From contig NC_057756.1 of assembly GCF_004010195.1 (NCBI RefSeq), forward strand, positions 1,763,703 to 1,827,702: 64,000 nucleotides of DNA, written 5' to 3'. Positions 27,420-42,100 of this stretch are shown piece after piece (the stretch's first letter is position 1; each line of letters opens with the position of its first letter). Origin of the DNA: Chiloscyllium plagiosum (lineage: Eukaryota). Both the position numbers and the translations under genes were made by a program. The notes below the pieces were generated by a model, which searched no databases, was not told the origin of the DNA, and was given only the letters and a program-made list of their open reading frames with translations.

Positions 27420-29950
27420 CTCAAAGAACGGCTGACAATTGAAATCAGAAAGGCAATTTGATATCACTGGAATACTCAGCAGGTTTGGTAACATCTCTGG
27501 TGAGGAAAGTGTCATCCTTTCGTGTCCAGCGACCATTCTTCAAACAGTTGACAAGAAAACAAATATTTGTATGTCTTCTGAGTTTGGTGGGATGAGAGCG
27601 GGAAAACTTGATATTTGAAAATGGAGCCCAAAGAGAGAGAGAGAGAGAGAACAATAAATTTGGACATACAAAGGTATGGGAAAGGTCAACCTGGAAGAGT
27701 TAATAGCTGCTTTTGTGGGCCATTTTTTGGTGACACTGAGTTCATTGTGATCGCAGCCAATGTCACGTCAATCCCTGGCGTGTTTGACTTTGTGCTAAGG
27801 ATATCGAAGAAAATGTTATGCCCATAAACTGATCAAACTTTATATTGAGTCATGAAAACTGAAGGATCACCAAATAGAAAGTTGAAAGTTGTTCTTCCAG
27901 CTGACTCTGACCACTTCTAGAGCACTGCAGTAAAACTGAAATTGAGATGTTAGCCAGGAAAACAGGTTGGGGGATTGAAGTAATAAGCAAAATGAAGTTG
28001 AGGACCAATTTTCTTGGAAAGTTTACATTTCGTCTCCACGATACAGAGGAGGTCACATCGTGAGTAGAGAATGCCATAGACACGATTCAATGGAGTGCAC
28101 ATAAATCATTGCTTCAACTGCTAGATGTATCTGAAGCTTGATTCAGAGAGGAGGAAGGAAGTAAAATACCATGTGTTAGCCTTTCTGCGATTGCATGGGA
28201 ATATGTCATGGGGATGTTGGGGGTTGCCTGTTGGGAGTGGAAGAGCATTGGAACATATGTCTTCAAGGGAATGATCCCTGTATAATGCTGACAAGAGAGA
28301 ATTGCGCAATATGTGTATGGTAGTGTTATTTCACCGGATTTGGCAGAAAAGGCAGCGAATTATCCATTGCATGCAGAAAGATGTGGGCTGTTAACTGAGG
28401 ATCAGGGATCCCTGTCTATATTGTGGGAAAGAATTCAAGGGTTGAGAGCAGAAATGCATGAGATAGGTCGGACCCAGCTAGTGGCTCTGTCAAACAATGG
28501 GAGCAGGGAAAGCGCCATTGCGGAAAATGGTAGACATTTCAGAGGCCCCTTGTAAAAGCTAGCATCATCTTAACAGAGGAAACAAAGAAAATAAACAATA
28601 AAAGTCAAATAGCGTTTTTAATGGAGGCAAATTGTCACAACGTGTGCAATATGGGTGTCTATCTGCATTTAGTTTAAATGTTTGGCAAACATATGTCTAG
28701 AAATGGAAACAAAGATTTCGAGGAAGTGAAGGGGTTAGTCAGAGATGGACAAGGTGAACATTGGAGCAGAACACATTCGATAAACCATTTCTAATTTTGA
28801 ACGAGAGCCAGTTGCAACATCAATGATGTTCTCACTGTACTGGAGAAAGATCTGAGGGGACCAGTATAAGTGCAAATGAACTGAGCATTCTCCACGCACC
28901 CCACGACATGACATGCATAATTGGAGCACATACGGGTAGCCTCTGACCAGAGCGAAATGAGAAGAGAACTTTTTCAATGTGCATGCATGTTCAGTCAGGC
29001 ATAAAATGCGCTTGTGTCTAGGTAAGTTTCATGCCTTTCCTCCATGGAGTATTGGAAAACCCTGACACCATCCTGATGAGGTATAAACGAGCAAATGGAT
29101 TGCACATTAATTATTAAGAATCAGTGTCTGGTGCCTGAGAAATTGAAATTTTGGAATTCAAATGCAGTGCCAGAACAATAACGGATTAAAATAGGAAGGC
29201 ACTGCAAAATAAAATAAAATATTGAGATGAGATACGAATAGATGATTTCTGAGTGACATGAACAGGTAGAAGCAATAAGTCTACAAAGCACCTTCTGGTT
29301 GTGATATTTCAGGAAAGAAGTAGACGTGCAGTGTAGAGGGATGGGCCTATGAGCATGGAGACAGCTGGTGAGAATACCAGATGAAATGAGAATACTGACC
29401 ATTGTGGAAAAAAAGCCTCATGTTCAATGATACACGCCAAAATATGAAGAAGGTGTTCCACAGTTAACTCTCAATGTGCATGATGCAGAGGTCAATACAG
29501 TCGCCATCAACGTCACCATCCGTGTTGCAATATTTGTTTGCAAATTCCAGTTTGCAAATTCCAGTTTGAATGTGAGAGATAACGTGCAGCCAGTTCAGAG
29601 GAAGATATGTTCAAATGGGAAAGTAGGTAGAGAGATTAAACCGATTAAATCTCAAAAATTATGTCAACTGCCAGTGAATGAAAACGAGGCCAGAAAGAGG
29701 ATTCAGATAGAGGGGCAATGTGGGAGGTGGTTGAAGATATCTGTTCAATAAGGAGAGAATTAGTGTTCAAATAAGTTAGCATCTTGGCGAAGGGGAAGGA
29801 AGAAAAGCTTGAAGTTATATATTGACTGAAATTCAATGAGGTGGTAGTGTAGAAGGATAAAACTAAGAACTGTGATGAGTACAGAACGTTCAACATCAGG
29901 CATTGGAAAGGTAGAAGGCATCGTCAATACACAATAGGCTGCCATGTAGC
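27420..29950 (-). mobile_element. Second-family Penelope-like element, decayed
   Basis: LYRDHSLED...IFPCNRRK and QLEEQLSTFYL motifs (ORFs 28121, 27850), typical of PLE linker and GIY-YIG end; boundaries approximate. Confidence 0.65.
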
Positions 29951-30019
29951 GGAGGGAATAAAATCAGAGGAAATGTGAAGGAAAGACGACTCCACAGGAG
30001 AGTGAGTATCACCTCATCA

Positions 30020-30830
30020 CAAATCATATAAAGACACAGTTATATTCAGCTATTTTATTTGCCTGCATCACATCAGCTCTCATGGAGCTAACATGTCCAA
30101 GGAAGCTACCGAACTCTCCTCATTCAAGAATTCACTACTAATGTATTGACAGGGCTTCAACTATGTCAGATACATCTCCCAATATTCTACCCTCAACCTT
30201 TCTCATTGCTCCAAAGCATCAATTGGGTTCGCTGTCGTCCTTTCCACTTCACTACAATGTGAATGTAAATAATCATTAGCTGTCATTCTCGCCATCTGCA
30301 ACAAAATGGCACCACCAAGCAAATATTCCCCTCCTCTCCCTTCTCAGCAGCCTACAGGGAACATTCTCTTGGGGCATCTTATCCTAGTGTCAACACGTTT
30401 GCACATACCCACGGCACTATCTCGTGCAATCGACACATTTTCCCAAATGCCCATTTATTTACTTTATCCTCACTAGTCAGGGTTCCAGACATTGCTTCTG
30501 GGTGAAGCAGTGATTTGCCTGCACTTCACTCAGCCCAGTACACTGCATTCACTGCTGTCAGTGTGGTGCACTCGACGCTGGTGAAACAAAATACCGACAG
30601 GGCAATTGTTTTGTAAAACACTAGAGTACTAACCACAAAAATTCCATCGAACTTTCCACGGCCAATCACTTCTCTAGTATATTCATTGGTCACAATCAAC
30701 CTCATGTTTAAGACAAAGTGACAGTGAAGATCTTCGCAAGCTGGAAAAAAAAGAGACATATTGTCAAAGTATGGGAGCATCCAGCCTTCTGAACTGGAAT
30801 TCCACAATTTCTTGGCCTGAACATATTCCC
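30020..30830 (+). mobile_element. Second-family Penelope-like GIY-YIG segment
   Basis: Degenerate FPSSPFSA..., GTISCNR, VKQ*FACTS..VHCIHCCQCGALDAGETK. Confidence 0.7.
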
Positions 30831-32022
30831 TCTTGCCTATTCACTAACACCCTCGTATCAAACTTACGCGGGACTTCAACCATCTCAGTATCAGATAGGA
30901 ATGGCTGATATTCACCCTTGTTTTATTTTTCTTCCCAACTGCAATGATCTCGCTCTCTCTCTTTCTCCGGGTTCTATCTCCACAACTTACTCGAATCTCC
31001 ACCACACCATTTTCATCCATAGTGTGATAGAAATATGGAATGTCTTGCCCGAGGGTAGGAAGAGATAAAATCTGCAACATTTCGAAGCATCTGAACGATT
31101 ATTCAAAACATAGCAGGCTATGGATCAAGCCTAGATGAATGAGATTAATATGTCAGGTTGATTCTTAGTCAGCAGAGAATGATTATGTTTCTGTATTGTA
31201 TGACTCTACGACTATCACTCTGTGGCATGCATGTGATCACATAACTTATTTTCAGGTGTTTGATATTAGTCAATATATTTCTTCTGCACCATTCAATAAC
31301 TTCATTATGGAAATTATAATGGATCTAATCTCACACTCCCTGTTACCTCCTGCAATTCTAGTGAACACAGTAGGCAGGTAATTTTATGACAGCGTTAAAA
31401 AAAAAGTATTGTGCAGTGAGTCTGCCCAATTCATGTACTGGAAAGGTGCGGTAAGTTGTGCAAAGGATTGAGTAAGTATTAAGTAAATATGCAGAATTCC
31501 TTTCAAAGAGAGCAAGAGGACAATTGATAAGCACAACTCCATTTTGAATGGGAGTTTTCGTTTCACTTAGACAGCCCCTATCTCCTGCATTATTCCTCGC
31601 CAGCAGCACCTCGAAAATGTTTTCAATATCCTGCACAATATGTTTGAAACAGTAGGTAACAGCGCATTACTCACAACGTGCCAAGAAATCAAAAGCAACT
31701 CCAACTCAGGGAAGTGCTGAGAATAGGCGAGAGCTGATACTCTCCATTTTTAAAGTAATCTTAAAGTAGTCATTCAAAACTCATTTTGAAGTTGATGGTT
31801 GCAGTGGACCAGATTCAGCTTATTAGTTTTTTTCATGTGCAACACATCTGTTTGCGTAGCATATCTGTCTGTTTACACGACCTTGAACTGTTGGCGAGTT
31901 AGCTGTGACAGGCAAATAAATTGAAGAGTTTTAGAGAAATGATTGCAATGAGTGGGTATATTTTACCCAAAAGTCAAGTAGAGGTTCAACTTATCATCAC
32001 AAAGCTGCATGTTGGCTCTTAC

Positions 32023-32058
32023 CTGAACGTTCCAGTGCTCCTTTCACATTTTCCAGTT
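32023..32058 (-). CDS. Micro-exon 12 (36 nt, type A); ELENVKGALERS
   Basis: tttttttcag|AACTGGAAAATGTGAAAGGAGCACTGGAACGTTCAG|gtaaga. Confidence 0.93.
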
Positions 32059-33543
32059 CTGAAAAAAATGAATGGAAAAACAAACAGCGGTATGTGTACA
32101 GATTAAATCTAAGGTATACAATACTGTTAAACAATCTATGAAATTCAAACTTTTATACAGCAAAAGTTGAACTGTATTCAAAACGAAGATTCGAATCAAA
32201 CTTCCAAAGTCTCAGTTGTGAATTCTGAAATCAAAAATTATCTTTATTCTTTATTTCATCACACATCAAGTCGCCAGTAACACAACTTTTTAAAAAATAT
32301 ATATCATGTGGATAAACTATTTTGTCCATTCCAGGACAACAGCACCATAAGTCTGAATCCAGTCGGACATATCAAATTAAACATACTTGCACCTCCAAAT
32401 AACAAACATCTCTACCCTTCATCTGCTGTTCAATTAAAGGTATAATTCTATATATGCAGAGAATTGTTGAGGCCAAATTAATATTTGGCACTTAATTGCA
32501 TTTTGCTTTGTAATCTATGCATTGTTCCAACTGGATTGAACAGAATGTCTTTTTTTTAACAAGTTCTCAAATTATTTTCCTGTTTTAGTTGATTTATGAG
32601 TTCAAAACTCTAGTTCCCCTTGCACTTGCATCAGACGCTGAGAGTATTCTTCATTTTATGGTGTTTTTCATGTATTCTAAAGACATCAATCGTTTCAAGG
32701 AACTCTGTATTTCATTTCAGCAGTCACTTTAAGATAATTGCTGTTGTCTTCCTCACAGTAACGTTACCTTCTTCAAATATGACATTATTCCGCAATTTAT
32801 TTTTAAAAGTACACCCGAACATTCAAATCAAGTTAGCGATTGGAAACTGATTCAGGAAGTAAACTGAACCAAACACTTCTCCCAGGATTATCCATTCACT
32901 TTTCTTTTCCATTGAAGAGGCATTTGCTTGTTCAATAAGATTTATTTTCTGTGACTACTGCAGAATTGAATCTATGATCGTAAGTTTACTTATTTCATTT
33001 CATTTACTGTCAGTTTCTTGATCAGCCTGCAACAATAGACTTTGATTAAGGAATTATATTAAATACATGATCAGATCTTTAATTACAATTGACAGATAAA
33101 CTTCATTTTCCGTTGATAAATGCTGAACAAATCTGAACAAGTTAACCAGTCTTGAGAAGACTTTTAAGTCACGCTGATGGTCTGGATGTAGATTTGCTCG
33201 CTGAGCTGAAAGACGTTTTGTCACCATGCTCAGTAACATCATCAGTGAACCTGTGGATGAAGCTCTCGTGGTATAGCCCGCTTTCTGTTTATGTGTTTAA
33301 GTTTCCTTGCGTTGGTGACTTGTATACAATGCAGATGAAATATTATCCGCATTAATTATAAATATGTTCAGCAACCTGTGCCAAGTATATATTTTTCTTT
33401 ATATGCATGTTTATATTTATGCACGCTTACTTGGAAGACAGAATGTAGAAGTTAAAATTTCTCCTACACTTGTACAGGAGGATAAAAGTTAATTCACTGA
33501 ATCAGACGCACAATATCACACTTCATATTGGTAGAAGCCCCAC

Positions 33544-33570
33544 CTCTTTCCTTGCTACTGAGTCTTTTTT
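33544..33570 (-). CDS. Micro-exon 11 (27 nt, type B'); EKRLSSKER
   Basis: tttaattgcag|AAAAAAGACTCAGTAGCAAGGAAAGAG|gtgggg. Confidence 0.9.
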
Positions 33571-33714
33571 CTGCAATTAAATACGAAGAGATATGTGGTG
33601 TCAATGATTGAGAAACATGATTATTGGAAAATTTTCGTTTCTAGCAGGAAATAATAATAATTTTTAGAACGACATCCTTTTCTCGAATATTTAATAGATG
33701 TGAATGTTACCCAG

Positions 33715-34085
33715 TGATGGGGACAATGTCTTCATGGTATTATCTGAATGTTCTGTTGACCTGGGTTCGAATCCCAACACTTCAAATGGTGAAATTTAAA
33801 TTAAATAGTTCTTCACCCTGAATTAAAAATTCATTTATGACCATGAATTCATATGCATTCTCGAAGGTCATTCATGGAAAGAGCTCGGCCACCCACCCAG
33901 TCTGGCCAATATGTGATTGCAATATGATTGACTCACAGCTGCCCTTAAACGCAAGCCATTCAGTTGTGTCAGTCGACTACAGCTGTTTAAGAAACTGCTC
34001 ACCACCCCCTGTCGAACAAGAACGAGGAAAGTTCAATATAATGCTGACTGCACAGTGTATTTAACTCCATGAATGAAAAATGAAA
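33715..34085 (+). mobile_element. tRNA-derived SINE, second family (related copies near 13235-13580, 37540-37860, 42400-42720)
   Basis: gacctgggttcgaatccc B-box-like head; ccatgaatgaaaaa tail. Confidence 0.55.
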
Positions 34086-34161
34086 ACGAAATCTGTGATT
34101 GAAGCTGCAGTTCCATAGACTTCTACACTACCTTTGTCGCCATGTTAAAGTATTAAGTACT

Positions 34162-34238
34162 GGAAATGTGTTGCTGGAAAAGCGCAGCAACACATTTCCA
34201 GCTCTGATCTCCAGCATCTGCAGACCTCACTTTCTCCC
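34162..34238. mobile_element. 77-bp fold-back PLE-derived element with 16-bp TSD
   Basis: TAAAGTATTAAGTACT at 34146-34161 and 34239-34254. Confidence 0.85.
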
Positions 34239-34707
34239 TAAAGTATTAAGTACTCATCTATGAGTACTATGGACGTTTCCAGTTCAAAAATATTTTTATT
34301 CAGTTAGTATCTGCTGAACTAATGTCACATATTAGTCTATGCATAGGACTTCCCTCGATAAAAGAAGGAGCCATACCACGACCGTCTCAAGCATAAGGAG
34401 GTATTGACAGTAAATGGCAGTCTTTCCATGGCTGTGTTTATCATGTAACACGATATTGGCACACCGTCCTCTATATTAGTGATTAAGAACGATGTATAAA
34501 TATTAGAACCATTTAAGAACTTTGACCCGATTGCTTTAACATAATTAAATGTTTGCTTATCTTTTTTCTCCTCTTGTGATGCTTAAGGCAACACTTAAGC
34601 AATAAAATAAAGTAAAACGTTGCCAATTGCACATTACTCTGGCGCAGAAATGCAAAAATTCAAAATGTTGAGAAGGATGTTTGTGTTGCCCAAAAGAAGA
34701 GGCTCAC

Positions 34708-34743
34708 CTGATCGATCCAAAGCACCCCTTAAAAACTCCACTT
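34708..34743 (-). CDS. Micro-exon 10 (36 nt, type A'); EVEFLRGALDRS
   Basis: tttttttcatag|AAGTGGAGTTTTTAAGGGGTGCTTTGGATCGATCAG|gtgagc. Confidence 0.92.
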
Positions 34744-34924
34744 CTATGAAAAAAAGCAAAATTCAACTATGAAATGACTACAACCATAGTTATTACCTCT
34801 ACAATGTACGAAATATGAAAGTCTGAGATTGCAAATACTTAAATTCGACGCTACCCAGAATTTGCAGGTCATGCAGAGGAAAAGATTATTTCTGGGGAAT
34901 ATTGACTGAACTGTTAATAAATAG

Positions 34925-35114
34925 GCAAACGTGAGGACTGCAGATGCAGTAAACCAGTGTTCAGACCAGAGTGGTGTTGGAAAAGCACAGCAGGTCAGGC
35001 AGCATCCGAGGAGCAGGAAAATTGACATTTAGTGGCTTTTGCCTGAAACCTCGATTTTCCTGCTCCCCGGATGCTGCCTGACCTGCTGTGCTTTTCCAGC
35101 ACCATTCTGATCTA
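34925..35114. mobile_element. Fold-back PLE-derived element with about 16-bp TSD
   Basis: Inverted arms; AACT(G/A)TTAATAAATAG on both flanks. Confidence 0.85.
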
Positions 35115-37264
35115 AACTATTAATAAATAGTCCAGATTGCATTTGGTTGAATTGGAATGTAGTTAATTAAGTGGCTGTTGAAAAGCTGCTCTCGAAGGAA
35201 TCATAACGACAGAACAATCTTTGACTGTTGTAAATTTTAAGACCGATATGCTTTCGAAAAAGGGATATGAATGCATTCCTCTCGTTGCCAAACTTTCAAT
35301 GAATAAAACTCCACGAGGTAATTTTTATTCTTCATACACTTTGAAATGGTTTAACAGACCAATCAATTCAAAGGCATTCAATGGAGATCAACAAGGTGTG
35401 GTCTTACTTGTGATGCGCATGTTCCAAGAAAAATTCTTCAAACTCGTGACAGTCTCTCACTTTTAGCATGTCCATTGCTGAATTGCTTTGTCCCCTGGTG
35501 TCAAGTCCCACCTGGTGTAGAGGTGTCTAATTGCATCTTTCAATAGACTGAAAGAAAACATACTGCTTTTTTTTTGCATGATCCCAAAGTTACAAATTCA
35601 GAAGACACAATAGCCATGGATGTTACGTGAGAAACTTCAAGAACAATACTTTTCATCATGGAGGTACATGCCCTCGACAAGATAATTTGTTTTAAAAATT
35701 ATAGAATAAAAAAGTATATTTGCCACCGATATGAAGATGGAACTGCGGTTTGGACGTCATTTGAAAACAAGTATTCTGAACAGCTGTAGATGTTTGTCAG
35801 CAATGAGAATATCCATTTTACAATAATTGCATTTTTATTAGGTCATTTGAAAATTGAACTGTATTTAGTTAACAATAATTGATGTTTAATGGACAATCAT
35901 ATACCTATAATATTTTGATATTTATGTAGATGAATAAGCTCAACAGGTAATCTTATTTATTCACTTGATGTTAATTTAACAATTAAATTTGTGCCAGCAT
36001 ATAATTTTCACATTAATATTTTGTTCTATTTGTCTCATTTGCTTGATTGGCTATGCATGTACTTCATCACATCTAAACACTTTAAACATAATTGGCCTGG
36101 AGACCAAAGCAGTGAATCACACCTCAGGATCTGGCTCACACCCTTCCCCCCAAAAAAAAAATAAATGAGTAGCCAGCAAAAGCGAAAGTCTATGGTTCAG
36201 TTATTCAAAGGTAGTTTGTATTCTATAATTGATTAGAATTTTCTGGATAAAGGAAGTGTGTTCTCACATAATATTTTACAGGAAAAATGTTGGATTTAAG
36301 TTTAAGACTAAGATCAAATTACCCTTCTCACATAAATGTGCAAATATACATTGACTATGAATAATGCTATAACATTATTATGAATCTTGCGGAAAGTCCA
36401 AATCAAGATGCCTATAATAGTTGATGAATGAACTATGATAATGTGTTGCATAAACCATGGCTAATATCATTAAACAGTTATAATTTAAAGAAGTGTGAAA
36501 ACCTGTTCGTTAGCTTTGTTTACAGATTTTAATAAGTTTATTCTTATGTTTTTGAAACATGCCAGATATTTTCATTTAAAAAATTAATCAAAGTTACTTT
36601 ATGTCTTAAGTATACTTAGCCACGTTAACACTTTTTTTATTCGTATTGATATTGAGGAAATTTGGATTTATGATTTCGAATGATTTGTTCTAATTAAAGT
36701 GACTGTGTTTTTCCATGCATTGTATGAAGCCGACAGAACACTTGCCCATAACTTCCCGCCATTTTGCCTATGGCAAAGAAAGGTTCTGCGCTCCAAGTAG
36801 GAAGATGTTCAGAGTGACGTTTTTAGGAGTAAGAAATTCCATGACAGGTATCTCCAGCAGCTAATTCGAAAAAAATAGATTGACATCCGGACAAAACACT
36901 CATCTTTCTAACTTTAAGGTACAGTTCATGGAGAACTGCTCAAATGGACTAGTTTCCTCCTATTGATTGTTGTATTGTCTTCTCTTTCAGGTAAGATCCG
37001 CAACAATACCCTCTCCCGGTTGGACAGTACGGACTTGGCACCACTTAGTTATAGTCGAATGTTCAGTGCTCGAAAAGCATTGCAGGTCATGCAGCATCCA
37101 AGGAGTGGGAGAATCGATGTTTCCGGCGAAAGCCCTTCATCAGGACTTCGTTCTAAACTGCTGTGCCTCGTGATATCAATGTGTGTCACAGCGCAATCTT
37201 CTCGACATGCAATTCAGAGCTAATGTACTGAAGACCATAAGAATTTTTGTTTCACTGTGCTTAC

Positions 37265-37291
37265 CTTTATCAAGTTTACTGTGGTCTTTGT
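37265..37291 (-). CDS. Micro-exon 9 (27 nt); DKDHSKLDK
   Basis: catccttgcag|ACAAAGACCACAGTAAACTTGATAAAG|gtaagc. Confidence 0.8.
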
Positions 37292-38039
37292 CTGCAAGGA
37301 TGAATGTGAGTTGCAAATTTGAATTTGGACGATATAATGATCTAAAAAGTCTCAGTTAATAATCAAAAAGAAAGGAGAACTGGCTTTAACTTGACCAATT
37401 CCAGAAGATAATATCAAGATATATTACATCATGCCATATTTTCGTTCCTGCATGCTCCGATGTTTCTGCTGCTGACAGCAATTGTTTATTCATGTTCAAA
37501 AATGGAGCTCCTGAGAGTTGTATGATGACATTTGGGGGTAGAGTGATAATGAATTATCATTCAGAAACATGGACACCCGTATCAGAAAATACGTACAGAA
37601 TCCCCCAAAGGGTCTTCAATAAGCTGAATTTAAAATGTAGTTGATTAAACCAGTCAGGAAACCGCTGTCAATAATTCAAACAAGATAAATCCGTCTGTGT
37701 AGTATTTCTAGTGAATATATGACGTTCCTAGTCCGTACTGGCATGATTTCAGAGCAAGAGCATTGAGTTTAATTACTGAGAAGTCTGGCAAGTTATTAAA
37801 TTGCAGCATAGAATTCCGAAATTGCCAGAAAACATTGGCCAGCAAGCAGTACCTACTTTATAAGAGTAGTTGAAAGAAAACGTCATGAGCGCCTCGACGT
37901 TGATCAACCTGCTTAATATCAATAATGTGTAAAGGAATATTTGGACTATGTCGCTGGATCTTCAATGTCCAGTCAATGAGGTAACGCATAGTGAGAGACA
38001 GCCTTATCATTTAGATAGTGATTACTTGTGAAATAACTG

Positions 38040-41000
38040 CACAAAGTCTGATATCCCATCACAAAGTCACCCTCTAGTTACTTGTGTATAATATACTGGT
38101 TGTGGCCGGTCAGCTCGGAGTCAGTCCCCTCATCTGACGAGATTCCAAATCTCTGTTCATAGCAATCAGTCAGACCTTCTTGAATGAAGTTGGAAAGCTA
38201 TAACAAAAAAAATCTCATCGACAATGAGCTCAACCTGATGCCAAACACGATATTCTAAGCAACCATTCGCCTATGCCCAGAAATGCAGACTGAATCATTC
38301 TATTCTAGTTTCGACAATGCTGTTTTCTCCCCAGGTCCGAATCCTCTGACTTAGACTGTGATATGGGAGGCATGTAATGGACGGTAGCCCGTCTGTTACG
38401 TCTGGAGCATCTCAGGAAGCTTTCCTCCTCTTCATCCTCTGGCGGTAATGGTATCGAGGCTGTGTCCACTTCTGACTCTGAGGTTTTCTTGACAATAGAC
38501 AGCGTCGGATAACCTTCAGTTTCTGTCCGACCAGCTGGTTTTTCTGAGGGTCCAGGTAAGTTTTGGTCTCATCCCGTTCGCCAGATGGCAGATTTCAGAT
38601 GATCCACATCTGGACTGTGTCACCAACCCGTAGTTTCTAAGTCACGGGACATGAGCTCATGTCAAACTCGACTCTTGCTCCTACAGGGCCATTCTGAAGT
38701 TTCCAATCCCAAATTTTGTCGCCTGAATTAAATTGTCTCTCTCGATTAAAGGAGTCCTGTGGCAGACATTTGCATTCCTATTGCTGTATCATCCTACCTG
38801 CTAAATGTGGAAATACCAGGTTTAATCAGGTGTAGAAACATACCCCATCTGAAACACTACTGGAGCTATCATTGTTGCATGAGTGGTCGACTGATACTCG
38901 ATAAGGAACTGGGACATTTTGGCTGCTTCTTCAAGCTCACCTTAAAAGTGTGGACCGTTCTTTCTGCCAGACTATTTTATGGTGGATGGTATGGAGCTGT
39001 CTTCATGTGCCAAATGCTATTTGACTTCCGGAAATACTCAAATTCCCGGATTGTATACGACGTTACATTGTCTGTGACTAATATTCCTGGGAGTCACTGT
39101 ATCGTGAATAATGCTCACAGCTTCGTATTCAATCTCCCTGACTTTGCTAAATCAGCTTTATGAATGTCTAATCATTTTGAATGGGTGTCCACAATAACCA
39201 GTAAAATTGACATCAGGAATGGACGTCGCAATCAACACACAAAACAGAATCTAGTGATTAACGACTATTCCCATGAACGTCGGTCCACTGCAAGTTTGAA
39301 TTTTTTGCCTTGACGGGACGCCAAGCATTGATCACCAACCCAAAAGGTCGGCATCCAACCTTGACGACCAGGCATAATTTCCTGCTTGCATATTCATCTT
39401 GCAACCTCCTGGATCACCCTGGTGGAATTTATTATCTGCTGTCAACCTTTAATTGGGACAATCAGCCTTGCTCCAAATGATAATATGCCAATCTCTAAGG
39501 TGATCCGGACTCTCCAGCTCCACAAAGTTTGCAATCCTGTTTGTGACGGCCCCTCAGTTTACCACAATACCACCAGATGTTTTAGTTTTGCTTGGACAAC
39601 ATGTTTTTTGCGTCCACAGTCAGATATTTTGCCCCATGACTGGAATGGTATCCACGAAGATTAAAACCAGAATTGAATCTTCCAGAAGAAGCATCACCAG
39701 TGGAGCATCTTCTAGTGGGAGGCAACTCAATGCATCCACATTAGCCAATTAGCTTCGTGGACAGTGTTCTGAAAGTTCTGTGCTGAGAATAAGGGCCTAC
39801 TGCTGAATTCTACCAGAAACTATCAGCGGCCATGCTTTGTCTACTTTAGTGGCACTAGCAAGGATTGTTATCTATTTCTAAGACATATTCCCATCCGGAA
39901 AGGTACTGGTGGACCTTCTTCACACCACCGATGACCACCAAAACTCTCTGGGTATATTTGTGTTTGGCATCAGCCAAAATCCGGAGCATATTGAGCATTC
40001 ATCTCGCTAGGACCCCAGTGAGTCAAGACTACCAGAACACTAAACTTAGAGACCACTCCTAGGTTTTGAGCCACAGTGGGCCAACACATAAGATGACCAT
40101 AGCTTTTTTTTTCCATTTCACTAATGGCTGCTTCTTCGCTATGTGATCATTACCAAGGATTAACTTTTTCAATATCAGTTGGAAGGGCGACAAGGCAGAG
40201 GCCAGGTTACTGACAAATTTTGCATAATGATGCACTGACTCAGGGGAAGACCTATGTTCTGGTACAGATGTGTGAGCCAGGGCTAAAATCATCTTCTAGA
40301 GATTATTTTGCAAATGTTGTAATCCGGTTCTGTCGACTCTGTAAACTGGTTTTGTCGATTCTGAAACACAAGTAGATTACTTGGAGTGCCTGGACTGCAC
40401 ACTGTTCACTCCTGACGCATATGCCCACATGGGAGAAACATTTAAATGCGATGTCCAAATTCTCAAAGTGTTTTTTGTTGGTCTTCTCGGTTATTAACAC
40501 GTCATGCGGTTAAGTGACAATTCGAAAAGAGAGCAGCCCGATGATACGCTGAATAGCCGTTATGCTCACTGGTATAAACACATTTGGGGGTAAATTGTGG
40601 CCAAATTCTAGGTCTGCTTTTTCAGTCATAATTGCAGATGGTTCCTGTCCAGCTTTAAAAAGGACAGCCACCCCACCAACTTTGCGTTCAAATCTTCTAT
40701 GCGAGGGATTCATTATTTACCTAGCTACAAGAAGCGTTTTGCTACTTATTTAAAATGCCAACAATTGTGAACTGAGCCATCAGGCTTAATACCCATTTTG
40801 ATCAGTGCAGTCCATTCTGCAAACCACACTGGTTTGATTATTTGGTCACTCTCCAGGCACGTGATTTCACGTGTAGTTTTGCCGCAGTGCAAATGAACAG
40901 CGTGAGACTTGTCAAATTGATGAATTGCTTCCTAGTCAACATGTAAATTGGCTTGGACGCCTTTAATAGTCCAAAGACCTTATGTAAAAAAAAACTTCGC

Positions 41001-42100
41001 TTCTCCACGAGGTCTTCATTAATGCATCCATTATCAATTGACATATATTGAACCAATTTGATAGAATATTTTGCAAATAATTCTGACCCAGTAGGCTTGG
41101 GCACGTGTATTTTAATACCAACGGTGGTAACCGCAGCAACATCTTCTCATGGGCGACCGGGAACGAGTTCGGACACCGCTTGCAACAGTTCCACAGTGCA
41201 TTTTCTTATTCTGCCTGAGGTCTTGCGCAAAGTTAAGGGTTGGAGATCTAAGCAATCTTGTTAAAGACAGGTTCTACAACCATAGATGCAGCTCAACCGG
41301 AATCAACCGCCATGGAAACTGCGTGAACATTTAACAAAACATAATTTTGATCTATTCTAAATTGAGCATCGCCAAACAACTTAATTGTTCCAACACATAT
41401 ATATGGGGACTTTCTAGGCTGTGTACTGTCCCACGTATTGACCTACACATTTTCAGACTCAAGTCAGGCCTCGTAGGACTACTTTGCTCTTTCCAATCCG
41501 CATAACAGCAGCAGCTACAATGGCTTGCCGGCACAGATTCTGAAGAACCTTTTAGCCACTAGCTGATGCTCGGCGTTTTTGTGCGTTTCTGCTGTGGGCT
41601 AGCCTAGACTCCCTCTGCTCAGGATATGTGCTTTGTGAGGCTTTGCAATTGTACACACTCATATGCTTTTCTCCAATCTAAGTTGGACAGGTGAGGGTAT
41701 CCACTGACAGTTGTACACCTTGTCGCTCCCATGCTCCACGTACTGAATTTTCTCATGAAAAATCCCGTAAGAAATGGATCCTCATTGCTTTTCATACGCC
41801 ACCATGTCTTTCCCTGAGAAAATAGCGCATTCTTTTCAAATATTGGGCTATGTGTTTGTCACTATCAGCGAATGAGTCAAGTTTCCCAAATAAACGCATA
41901 ATACCATAAAATATTTACCCCAACTCCAAGATGACTGTTATGAGTTGTTCATGCATTTCTTGTTGTCTTTCTTCAACACTGTGCAAAGTCCAATATCCTG
42001 TCAAGACGTCACCTCTTATTTATTAGGGCACAGTAGTTAAATTCATTATGGTATCTTGTTGATTGATTGGTGTAATCTGGAGGCAAGGCATAACAGCTGC
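38040..42100 (-). mobile_element. Decayed Gypsy LTR retrotransposon (Mag/K02A2.6-like)
   Basis: gag start MRLFGKLDSF..AQYLKRMRYF near 41900; integrase LVIVDTHSK*LDI near 39190; similar LTR-edge sequence near 38050 and 41990. Confidence 0.8.

Noticed and set aside
35514..36770. 37-nt (SIEKMQLDTSTP) and 22-nt (AKWREVM, GC donor) candidate exons
   Set aside because: They read sensibly only in phase 0 and do not fit the flanking phase-1 chain
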